Shown here: in pieces, positions 45,901 to 53,746 of the stretch
How positions within the stretch are numbered: the first letter of the stretch is position 1
Layout of the letters: each line of letters opens with the position of its first letter
Assembly (NCBI GenBank): GCA_003167155.1
Contig: PMTY01000183.1
Span: 16,228 to 80,227 of the forward strand
Source of the DNA: Vulcanimicrobiota bacterium
Lineage (GTDB): Bacteria > Vulcanimicrobiota > Vulcanimicrobiia > Vulcanimicrobiales > Vulcanimicrobiaceae
Reading direction: 5' to 3'
Length of the DNA stretch: 64,000 bases
The notes under the pieces: model-generated
The model's database searches: none
What the model was told of the DNA's origin: nothing
Seen by the model: only the letters and a program-made list of their open reading frames with translations
Program-made: the position numbers and the translations under genes

Positions 45901-48302
45901 TCCTGACCCGGCGCGCGGCCAACATTGCCGCAATCTGCGTAATCCTCCTCGCGGGCGCTTTGAGCACCTTCTGGGTATTCCTCGTTCCGTTCTTTCAATC
46001 TCCGGACGAGCCGGCGCACTTCGATTACGCCATCTCCATCTACAACGCGCATCGCCTGATCAGCCGAGGCGATGGTCAGTCCGACTGGATCGTCAGTCCG
46101 TACACGAAATATCTGATGAAGGTCTCCGACTACGGGCGCATCGCGGGCCACTCGCCCATGCACGTGCCCGCTTCGTACGGGACGCGCGCCTACTACACGC
46201 GCATCGATGCCGGGGCTCCAAGCCTTCAGCAGCAAACGCCTTCCAACGGAAGGGTCAATTACATCGTTCGCCTCTATCCGTTCGGATTCTACGCTCTCGA
46301 AGCGCTCTGGATGGGCGCCGCAGCCACGCTCACGCATTCCATGGCCGACGTCTTCTTTGCCGGCCGAATCCTGTGCGTGCTGCTTATGATGCTGGGCCTG
46401 TATTTTAACTACCGAACGGCGCTTAATCTTGGCATCGGTCGCTGGACCAGCGTCGCGCTCGTTGGAGCGATCGGCCTCTTTCCCATGACATCGCTGATTT
46501 CCTCATATATCCAACCCGACAATCTCGCCTATGCGTTGGTCTCCGCGGCGCTCTTTTTCGCAACTCAACTGCGTAAGGGCACGCCTTCGCCGGTTCGCAT
46601 CGCCCCGTTTGGCATCGCATTAGGACTGCTTGCGATCACGAAGTATCACTTCTTCCTCAGTGTCGCGCTGCCGGCCGCGTTGCTCACCGCCGCCCTCCTG
46701 CTTCGAACAAAGACGCCCGCCGGAAAAGCGATCGCGGTGTTTACCTGGCTGGTTGCGCCGGCTATTGCACTGCTTTGCGTGCAGCACTGGGCCGTCGACT
46801 CGGGCACCGCCGTCGGTCGCACCGCGCCCAGCGATATCAACCTCGAATACATTCGAAGCATTGCCGCGCAAGGCATCGGGCCCGCGATTCATTACGCCGT
46901 CACCTCACCTCTTGCAGCCTTCTTAGGTTGCTTCGTTTCCGGGATTTGCGCTGCCGGCTACTGGCAGGTGCTCGGATGGGGCGACACGCCGATCGTCATC
47001 GGGAACACGACCGTCGAAGCGTGGATTCGCGGAGCGATCGCTTTGATCACGCTCGCGGTCACAGCCGTGGTCGTCTTTTATTGCATTCGCAATGCCGTCA
47101 AGCTTCTGTTCGCCGCCGCTCGGGGTCATCTCCACGCTGCGGTGATCATCGCGGCGGCAGACCCGGTCATCAATAGCTATCTTTGCTTTGCCGCCATCAT
47201 GGTTGCTCTCTACGTGATGACGGACAACGTCTTTGGAGTCTCCGGACGGCATTGGTACCCTTATATTTTTCCCGCGTTCTTATGCTTCGTATGGTACGCG
47301 CCGCGAGCGCTGGCCAAACGGCACGCGAGGACCAGCGCGATCCTGGCGTGCACGTTGCTCGCGTACTCCGTCGTCGCCGCCCCGTTCGCAGCGATCGACG
47401 CCGCACAACGGTACTACGGACCGGACTCGGGGCGTTACGAAATCTCCGACCCGGCTCCCGGCCAAATCTTAGGACAGGGGATCGGAGCGCTGTGGCCGCT
47501 CCAAGACGGGATCTATAACTTCGCCGCTTCGCGGGGCCAGTTCTCGTTCCGCCGCGGCTCCATCGTTGCCGTAAGCGGCGCTGCGATGAAGAACGAGCGG
47601 ACCGGCGCATCGAACGTCGCCGTGCTCGTCGACCAGCGTGAGCCGGAGCCCGTGCTCACGCGGCAATACCTCTTTGGAATCGCTGAGATCTTACACAACG
47701 TGAGCGCCGGCTACACCGGCTTTAGCGCCGACGTTCCGACCGCGCGACTAGGCGAAGGAGCGCATACCGTTAGCGCCTACGCGGAGGCGCAAGAGAGTCG
47801 AGTCTACGGAGCTATCGCGCCGCTGCGTCTCTTTTTTGTGACCGATCAAGAGGGCCGCTTCTCGCAAACGCTCGTGCGCGGCCTCGAGAAGCTGCCACAA
47901 GTCTCCGGTGTTTTTCGAAGCGACGGGACCTGCCGAGGGCGCGCAATGACCTCGAGCGGCCTTCTCTCTGCACCCTCCGGCTCCGTGCTGCTGCTGCGCG
48001 GAAGCATCGCCCCGTCGCCGCGCTCGCGCTATTCGGCCGTGTGGCTGCTGGCAGACGATAGACCTTTCCCGGCAAAGTTTAGCGGTGCCGCCGGCGGCTT
48101 CGTCGGACTTCTTCCGACGAGCGCTCTGGATTCCGGCGTTCATCACGTGACCGCTTACGCAATCGGCACCGATGGTTCGACGGACGCGCGGATAGCCACG
48201 CCGATTCTCTTTCAGATCGTGCCTGGCGCCGGTCGGAGCGAGTTTCTTTCAGACCCATCGCCGGCTTGCGCCGATCCGCTTAAAGAGCTCGCTGTAAGGT
48301 AA
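45900..48302 (+). CDS. DUF2142-type polytopic membrane protein (GT-C-like glycosyltransferase) with a roughly 280-aa C-terminal extracytoplasmic domain
   Basis: Signature FFQSPDEPAHFDYA after the first TM. The ORF track starts at TTG 45960, which would cut that TM. The frame is open from 45828, and ATC 45900 (TAATC junction) or CTG 45903 would give MLTRRAANIAAICVILLAGALSTFWVFLVP. The 5' end is uncertain. Confidence 0.7.
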   Translation: MLTRRAANIAAICVILLAGALSTFWVFLVPFFQSPDEPAHFDYAISIYNAHRLISRGDGQSDWIVSPYTKYLMKVSDYGRIAGHSPMHVPASYGTRAYYTRIDAGAPSLQQQTPSNGRVNYIVRLYPFGFYALEALWMGAAATLTHSMADVFFAGRILCVLLMMLGLYFNYRTALNLGIGRWTSVALVGAIGLFPMTSLISSYIQPDNLAYALVSAALFFATQLRKGTPSPVRIAPFGIALGLLAITKYHFFLSVALPAALLTAALLLRTKTPAGKAIAVFTWLVAPAIALLCVQHWAVDSGTAVGRTAPSDINLEYIRSIAAQGIGPAIHYAVTSPLAAFLGCFVSGICAAGYWQVLGWGDTPIVIGNTTVEAWIRGAIALITLAVTAVVVFYCIRNAVKLLFAAARGHLHAAVIIAAADPVINSYLCFAAIMVALYVMTDNVFGVSGRHWYPYIFPAFLCFVWYAPRALAKRHARTSAILACTLLAYSVVAAPFAAIDAAQRYYGPDSGRYEISDPAPGQILGQGIGALWPLQDGIYNFAASRGQFSFRRGSIVAVSGAAMKNERTGASNVAVLVDQREPEPVLTRQYLFGIAEILHNVSAGYTGFSADVPTARLGEGAHTVSAYAEAQESRVYGAIAPLRLFFVTDQEGRFSQTLVRGLEKLPQVSGVFRSDGTCRGRAMTSSGLLSAPSGSVLLLRGSIAPSPRSRYSAVWLLADDRPFPAKFSGAAGGFVGLLPTSALDSGVHHVTAYAIGTDGSTDARIATPILFQIVPGAGRSEFLSDPSPACADPLKELAVR

Positions 48303-49692
48303 CGGAGCGCAACGCGCGACTCGAGGCGAAGGTCACGACGACCGCGAGCCCTACCCACGTCGGGAAGTGCAGCCAGAAGAAGACACCGTGGCCGATCGGG
48401 ATGCGTGCGCGCACGTAGGCTCCCCATGAAAGATCCGCCCATTGGTCCGGCGCGACGACGGTGCTGAAAGCGGGCTGCGCGGCCTGATGTGCCAGTGCAT
48501 GGTTGCAGAGGAGCAATGCGCAAAAAACGCCCACCACGATGACCGCTTCCGTTAGCAGCGCCGGTTTGAGCAACTGCCAGGCGAGCACTCCGGTAATCGC
48601 CACCGCGCCGGGAATCAGAAAACCCCAGCCCACGACGTACATCCAGGGAACAGCGAGCGCAATGACCGATGCAACGAGCGGCCAATATGGCTCGCGCTGC
48701 GCACGCAGCAGGAGCAACGCGGCCGGGATCGCCGCCACGACTTGCTGCCAGTGCACGTACACCCCACCGAAGACGGCGAACGCCATCGGCAGCAATGCAA
48801 GGAGCGGCAGGCTCTTGGAGCGCTTGGCCATCGTGATTGCAGCAAGAACTCCCGCGAAAGACATCACGACGTACCAAATCGTTCCCGCGCGGGATGCGAG
48901 CCGATCCGAGAAGCCCAAGGCATGGACGAGCACGGTAAAACTGAACTGCCCCACATCCGCCACATCAGAGAGCGCGTGGGCCGGCAACACCTCATGGATG
49001 TACTCGAGGTTGCGTCCAACGCCAAAGACTAGCGAGATCGCCAGCAAGGCCAATCCCACGCCGATCATCGGCAGACGCGAGCGAGGCACGCTTACGAATA
49101 CCGCAAGGCATGCCGGCAACGCCACATGCGGCTCGATCATTGCTGTCGCAGCGGCGGCTCCCGCCCATGAAAACTGCTGCACGGATAACAAAAGCGCGGC
49201 CAAACAGATGGCGGCGATCGCTAACGGAGCGATCTGTCCGAGCGAAACGGACATCATCGCCCCAAAGAATAGGCATGCGCAAAGAACGGTCCACGAATAG
49301 CCCGTAATTCGCCGCAGCACGAGCGCTACGACGGCCCACGCGAAAATGAGAATCCCGGTCCACACCAGCGCTGCGACGCCGAACGGCAGCCGTTGCAGCG
49401 GAATGAACGCGGCGATCGTATACGGCGGCAACGGGGCGGGATCGGTGACGTTCCCGGTCGCGCGCCAGAGCACGGCCGCGGTGGGGGCCGCCTCGCAGCG
49501 ATAGAGCGGCCCCTGCCGGTACGGATCGATCCCTCGGATCTGAAGCTGCGCCGCACAATAGAACGCCCGAAAATCGGAGAGCAGCGTGCCGGATGAGAAA
49601 TGACTGAACTGCCAAAGACTGAAGGCAACGGCATAGAGCGCCACCATCGCAAATGCAGCGCCGGCAATTCGGCTACCTAGCGGCTTCGACAT
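48280..49692 (-). CDS. DUF2029/GT87-like polytopic membrane glycosyltransferase
   Basis: Trimmed to ATG 49692. LLSDFRAFYCAAQL...DPYR, MIEPH, VLPAHALSDV, FGGVYVH. Paralogous to both halves of 53720..56536. Confidence 0.7.
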   Translation of the reverse strand: MSKPLGSRIAGAAFAMVALYAVAFSLWQFSHFSSGTLLSDFRAFYCAAQLQIRGIDPYRQGPLYRCEAAPTAAVLWRATGNVTDPAPLPPYTIAAFIPLQRLPFGVAALVWTGILIFAWAVVALVLRRITGYSWTVLCACLFFGAMMSVSLGQIAPLAIAAICLAALLLSVQQFSWAGAAAATAMIEPHVALPACLAVFVSVPRSRLPMIGVGLALLAISLVFGVGRNLEYIHEVLPAHALSDVADVGQFSFTVLVHALGFSDRLASRAGTIWYVVMSFAGVLAAITMAKRSKSLPLLALLPMAFAVFGGVYVHWQQVVAAIPAALLLLRAQREPYWPLVASVIALAVPWMYVVGWGFLIPGAVAITGVLAWQLLKPALLTEAVIVVGVFCALLLCNHALAHQAAQPAFSTVVAPDQWADLSWGAYVRARIPIGHGVFFWLHFPTWVGLAVVVTFASSRALRSVTLQRAL

Positions 49693-49828
49693 GTCTGCGC
49701 TCGGTATGCGAACATTGCCGAAGGTTCTCCTTTCGTGATATAATGCCCGCAATGACTACGTCGCCGCTCATGCGACGTTGCGGTTTTTGTATTCTGCTGG
49801 TTGGCACCGCAATGGCTGGAAGCCGAGC

Positions 49829-50920
49829 ATGAAGCTCGGAGACCTGGACTTCCGAAGCAACAGCATCGGCTTTCTGCGCTTCTTCTTTGCCGCGACTGTG
49901 ATCTGGTCGCACGGATACGGCCTTGGCGGGTTTGGTTACGATGCGCTCAATCGCCTCAACGTTAACGCCCCCAGCATTGGCTTGCTGGCCGTGGGCGGAT
50001 TCTTCGTGCTCAGCGGCTTCCTCATCACGCGCAGCTACGAAACGGTAACCTCGCCGGGTCGCTTTCTCTGGCACCGCTTCCTCCGAATCTTTCCAGCGTT
50101 TTGGGTCTGCCTCATAGTCACCGCCTTGGGATTCGCGCCGCTCGCGTTTTTCTACGCGCACGGCACGCTCTTACGGTTTTTTGCCGAGTCTCCGGCGCCC
50201 TGGACCTACGTCACGGCGAACTCATTGCTTGCGATCCATCAATGGCGCATCGGCACGTTACTCTCCCGCGTGCCCTACCCGTTCGTCTTCAACAGCTCGC
50301 TGTGGACGCTCGAGTACGAGTTCACGTGCTACCTCTGCGTGGCCGCATTGGGAATTGCCGGCGTCATCCGGCGCGCTCCCGCGCTGATCGCCGGCTCGGC
50401 GCTCTGCTTATTCTTCTACTACGGTTTCGTGCTCTGGCGCTTCGGGGGACACGGGATGCCGATCATCCTCGCGCCGCTCGGCTTGTTCGTCTACTTCGCG
50501 ACCGGCTCGTACGCGTATATCGTCCGCGATCGCGTGCCGATCCACGGCTGGATTGCCGCGCTCTGCGGCGCCGCATTGATCGGAACCCTTCCGACGCGAG
50601 CCTTCGCCTTCATCGCGATCCCCGCGATCTGCTACCTCACGCTCTTTGCCGCGATTCGGCTCCCGATTCGCGGCTTCGACCGGCGCATCGACCTCTCGTA
50701 CGGCCTCTACATTTACGCCTTTCCGGTCGCCCAGTTGCTGGCGCTCCACGGCGTGGCCGCGCACGGACTCGCCGCATTCGGCACACTGACGTTCGCGATA
50801 GCTGTGAGTCTTGCCGGCGCGAGCTGGTTCTTCATCGAGAAGCCGAGCTTGGCGCTCAAGCACCGAGCCTTCGCGCTGCGCCAGCCGGGCCAGCCGAGCC
50901 CCTCGAGTGGTGCGCTGTGA
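49829..50920 (+). CDS. Acyltransferase family 3 (OafA/YrhL-like O-acyltransferase)
   Basis: Trimmed to ATG 49829. IGFLRFFFAATVIWSHG motif, about 10 TM helices. Confidence 0.85.
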   Translation: MKLGDLDFRSNSIGFLRFFFAATVIWSHGYGLGGFGYDALNRLNVNAPSIGLLAVGGFFVLSGFLITRSYETVTSPGRFLWHRFLRIFPAFWVCLIVTALGFAPLAFFYAHGTLLRFFAESPAPWTYVTANSLLAIHQWRIGTLLSRVPYPFVFNSSLWTLEYEFTCYLCVAALGIAGVIRRAPALIAGSALCLFFYYGFVLWRFGGHGMPIILAPLGLFVYFATGSYAYIVRDRVPIHGWIAALCGAALIGTLPTRAFAFIAIPAICYLTLFAAIRLPIRGFDRRIDLSYGLYIYAFPVAQLLALHGVAAHGLAAFGTLTFAIAVSLAGASWFFIEKPSLALKHRAFALRQPGQPSPSSGAL

Positions 50921-50945
50921 GTGCGGCTATGGTATAATCTGGGTG

Positions 50946-51575
50946 ATGAGGACGCAGCCGCTCATGCGACGCCGCGATTTTCTATTTGCGTTCACCGCTG
51001 CAACCGTAGCGGGGATATCGCCGGCTGCCGTGCGCGCTGCGGTCCCCAGCAGCACGCAACGGGTTCTGTGGCTGCGCCGCGCCGGAACGTCCGACGAGAT
51101 CGCCGTGCCGTTCTGCATCGACGGGCGCACGGTCTACTATCCAGGATATAACGCAATTTGCTGGCTGATGCGCGATCGGCACGTTGCTGCGGCGGAAGGC
51201 TACGTTCGCATCGATATCGTCGAAATCGAGGCGCTGTGGGAAGTGCAGCAGGCGCTGGCGCTCCAGGGCGTGCGCCGCCCGCTGATCATTACGAGCGGCT
51301 TTCGGTCCGTCCAGACCAACCTCGCCACCGAGAACGCCGCCCGAAATAGCATGCACTGCTACGGAAAGGCCGCCGACATGTACGTCGACGGCATCTCCAC
51401 GCGCGATCTCTTCGATGCGTGCTGGTCGCGAGCGGTCTCGGGTGGAATTGGTTACTACGACAGCCACGTGCATCTCGACTCTGCGAGCCGCCGGTGGTGG
51501 GTCGGCGATCTGGCCGTCCCCGTTTTTGACCCCGCTCTTGCCAATATCCGAGGAGATTCTGTCGTTAACGCGTAA
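50946..51575 (+). CDS. DUF882 / peptidase M15-like protein with Tat signal
   Basis: Trimmed to ATG 50946. Twin-arginine motif RRRDFL. ITSGFRS, HCYGKAAD (H-x6-D) and SHVHLD (HxH) zinc-site pattern. Confidence 0.75.
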   Translation: MRTQPLMRRRDFLFAFTAATVAGISPAAVRAAVPSSTQRVLWLRRAGTSDEIAVPFCIDGRTVYYPGYNAICWLMRDRHVAAAEGYVRIDIVEIEALWEVQQALALQGVRRPLIITSGFRSVQTNLATENAARNSMHCYGKAADMYVDGISTRDLFDACWSRAVSGGIGYYDSHVHLDSASRRWWVGDLAVPVFDPALANIRGDSVVNA

Positions 51576-51849
51576 ACGTTACCGTCAAGCGAGGGGGCGC
51601 TACGCGTTTCCCTACGCCGAAGGGGGTAACTACGCAGTAAATGCAGCGGCTTACTCAGGCGACGACTCGCCTCGGCACTGGTATGACGCATGGTGCCGCT
51701 TCCTACCTTGGTCTCAACGTGATTCTGCTGATCGCGGAGGCACGTTGGCACATCGTCTATCACCTCCTGATTTGGGACGTCTCGGAGATGAGGACGTTCG
51801 CGTTCCTCTTGGGCAAGACGCTCCACCCGTAGGCCTTCGCGCCCCCGTT

Positions 51850-52665
51850 GTGGGTGAGGTTCCCCTAACCGTACTGCTCCCGGTCTACGACGGCGAGGAA
51901 TACGTCGGCAGGACGATCGAGAGCATCCTCTCGCAGTCGTATGGCGACTATGAGTTTTTGATCGTCGACGACGGATCACGGGACGGGACGCCGAAGATCC
52001 TGGAGCGCTACGCGAAACGCGACCCACGCATACGGCTGCTGCAACACTCAAATCACGGCGTCGGCTACACCCTCAATCGAGGCATCAACGAGGCTCGAGG
52101 AAGATTGCTGGCGGAAATCGGCGCGGACGACTTGGCTCTCCCTGACCGACTGCAAAAGCAGGTCGACTTTCTCGAGGGCAACCCGGATTACGTGCTCGTC
52201 GGCGGGTATTTGCGCATCATCGATCCGCATGACCGCCCAATCGGACTGCGAACGTATCCGACGAGCGACGCCAAACTCCGCGAAAGAATGCTCTTATACA
52301 ACCCCTTCGCCAGCCCATCGCTCATGTATCGCCGGGCCGACGCGCTCGCCGTCGCGGGATACACGTCGCGCTTCTCCACGTCGGAGGATTACGACTTTAT
52401 CCTACGGCTGGCCCGACGTGGAAAAGTCGCGAATCTCCCCGAGCCCCTGACCGCATATCGCCTGCACCCGGGCCAGACGAAATCGAAGGCGACGCTCCGT
52501 CAACTGCGCGACACCGTTGCGATCAAGCGCACCGCGTATGCAGAATACGGTTACTGCGCCACCCCCCTGGCGCGTGCGGTCAACCTCGCTCAAGACGCCC
52601 TGGCGCTGCTTCCCAGCCGCGTCACGTACTGGCTCTTCACTAAGCTCGCCATTCGCGGAGAATAG
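51850..52665 (+). CDS. Glycosyltransferase family 2
   Basis: LTVLLPVYDGEEYVGRTIESILSQSYGDYEFLIVDDGSRDGT and EIGADDLALPDRL. Start set to GTG 51850 just before the GT-A core. The ORF-track start 51415 overlaps the previous gene. Confidence 0.75.
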   Translation: MGEVPLTVLLPVYDGEEYVGRTIESILSQSYGDYEFLIVDDGSRDGTPKILERYAKRDPRIRLLQHSNHGVGYTLNRGINEARGRLLAEIGADDLALPDRLQKQVDFLEGNPDYVLVGGYLRIIDPHDRPIGLRTYPTSDAKLRERMLLYNPFASPSLMYRRADALAVAGYTSRFSTSEDYDFILRLARRGKVANLPEPLTAYRLHPGQTKSKATLRQLRDTVAIKRTAYAEYGYCATPLARAVNLAQDALALLPSRVTYWLFTKLAIRGE

Positions 52666-52676
52666 GCTCCGAGGAT

Positions 52677-53072
52677 ATGGCATCCATCATCATCGCCGCG
52701 CTGATCGTCATCGCGGTTTACGTCGGGACAAAGCGGCTCTCCGGCCTGCAAACGGCCGGCGTCATCGCGATCACGGTTGCAGGCGTGATCTTAGCTATCT
52801 TCCCAGGACTGGCGACCCAGGTCGCGACGTTTCTGCACGTCGGGCGCGGCACGGACCTGATCCTCTATCTCGCAGTGCTCGCGGGGCTCTTTGTGGCCTC
52901 GAACTTCTATTTCCGGTTCAAGCGTCAGGAAGCAATTTTGAATGCGTTGGCGCGTCAGAGCGCGATCGATCACGCCCAAACGGCAAAGAGCGAGCCCGCC
53001 ATGCCCTCAGTGGCGGACGGCGATCGAACGGTAGAGCAAGTCGAGGATAATCTTCACCGAATCGAACCCTGA
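52677..53072 (+). CDS. Small DUF2304-like membrane protein
   Basis: 131 aa, three or four TM helices, FLHVGRGTDLILYLAVLAGLF. This family usually accompanies a GT2. Confidence 0.55.
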   Translation: MASIIIAALIVIAVYVGTKRLSGLQTAGVIAITVAGVILAIFPGLATQVATFLHVGRGTDLILYLAVLAGLFVASNFYFRFKRQEAILNALARQSAIDHAQTAKSEPAMPSVADGDRTVEQVEDNLHRIEP

Positions 53073-53723
53073 CTGACCCTTCTTCTTCGAGTACTCCGTG
53101 TAAACGATCTCGACCGGCACCTCGACGAACTTCAGCTTCGAGGAGCCGAGCTTTTGCAGAATCTCGGAAGCATGCGCCATCTGAGGTTGCTCGATCTTGA
53201 TCGCTTCAGCTGCGCGTCGTGTAAACATGCGCAGGCCGTTGTGCGTGTCGGTCACGGCAACATGCGCGTGCACATGGGTAAAAGCCAGCGCGGCCCGCAG
53301 CAGCATCCGCCGCGAGAACGGTATGGCGGACTGACTCTCCAGGAAGCGCGATCCAAGCGCGACCTCGGCCTGCGATTGCTCGAGAGCCTCGAGGAGGTCG
53401 TCAATTGAATCCGGTGAGTGCTGGCCGTCGGCATCGAACGTGCAAACATATTGTGCGCCGCGCGTGAGCGCGTATTCGATCCCCGTCGCGAGCGCTGCAC
53501 CCTGTCCGAGATTGACGACATGTTCGAGAACATCCGCCCCGGCTCGAAGCGCGAGCGTCGTCGTCTCGTCGGCCGAACCGTCGCTGACCACGCAGACGTG
53601 CCGGTATCCGCGGCGTCGCAGCGACGACACGACGCCTGCGATCGTCCGCGCTTCGTTGTACGCCGGTATGACGATCCAGACTCCCTCGCGCGATACGAGA
53701 AACGGAGAAGGTACGGCGGTCAC
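53007..53723 (-). CDS. Glycosyltransferase family 2, polyprenyl-phosphate glycosyltransferase-like (GtrB/DPM1-like)
   Basis: Trimmed from 54152 to GTG 53723 (GTGA overlap). WIVIPAYNEARTI, VVSDGSADET, TFDADGQH. Confidence 0.8.
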   Translation of the reverse strand: MTAVPSPFLVSREGVWIVIPAYNEARTIAGVVSSLRRRGYRHVCVVSDGSADETTTLALRAGADVLEHVVNLGQGAALATGIEYALTRGAQYVCTFDADGQHSPDSIDDLLEALEQSQAEVALGSRFLESQSAIPFSRRMLLRAALAFTHVHAHVAVTDTHNGLRMFTRRAAEAIKIEQPQMAHASEILQKLGSSKLKFVEVPVEIVYTEYSKKKGQSGFDSVKIILDLLYRSIAVRH

Positions 53724-53746
53724 CCTTCGACTGCGCTCAGGGTGAC
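53720..53746. repeat. REP-like palindromic element forming a gene junction
   Basis: tcacccttcgactgcgctcagggtgac. Read on the minus strand it encodes the C-terminus VTLSAVEG-stop of the 938-aa protein, and its GGGTGA holds both the TGA and the GTG of the next gene. Confidence 0.8.

Noticed and set aside
51576-51849. 274-nt gap before the GT2 gene, including the 63-aa ORF 51641..51832 and a small UUCG-loop hairpin near 51786-51806
   Set aside because: I could not support a gene or a known RNA family. The 63-aa ORF has no SD or motif. The in-frame upstream extension of the GT2 ORF has non-coding-like composition. Left unannotated.
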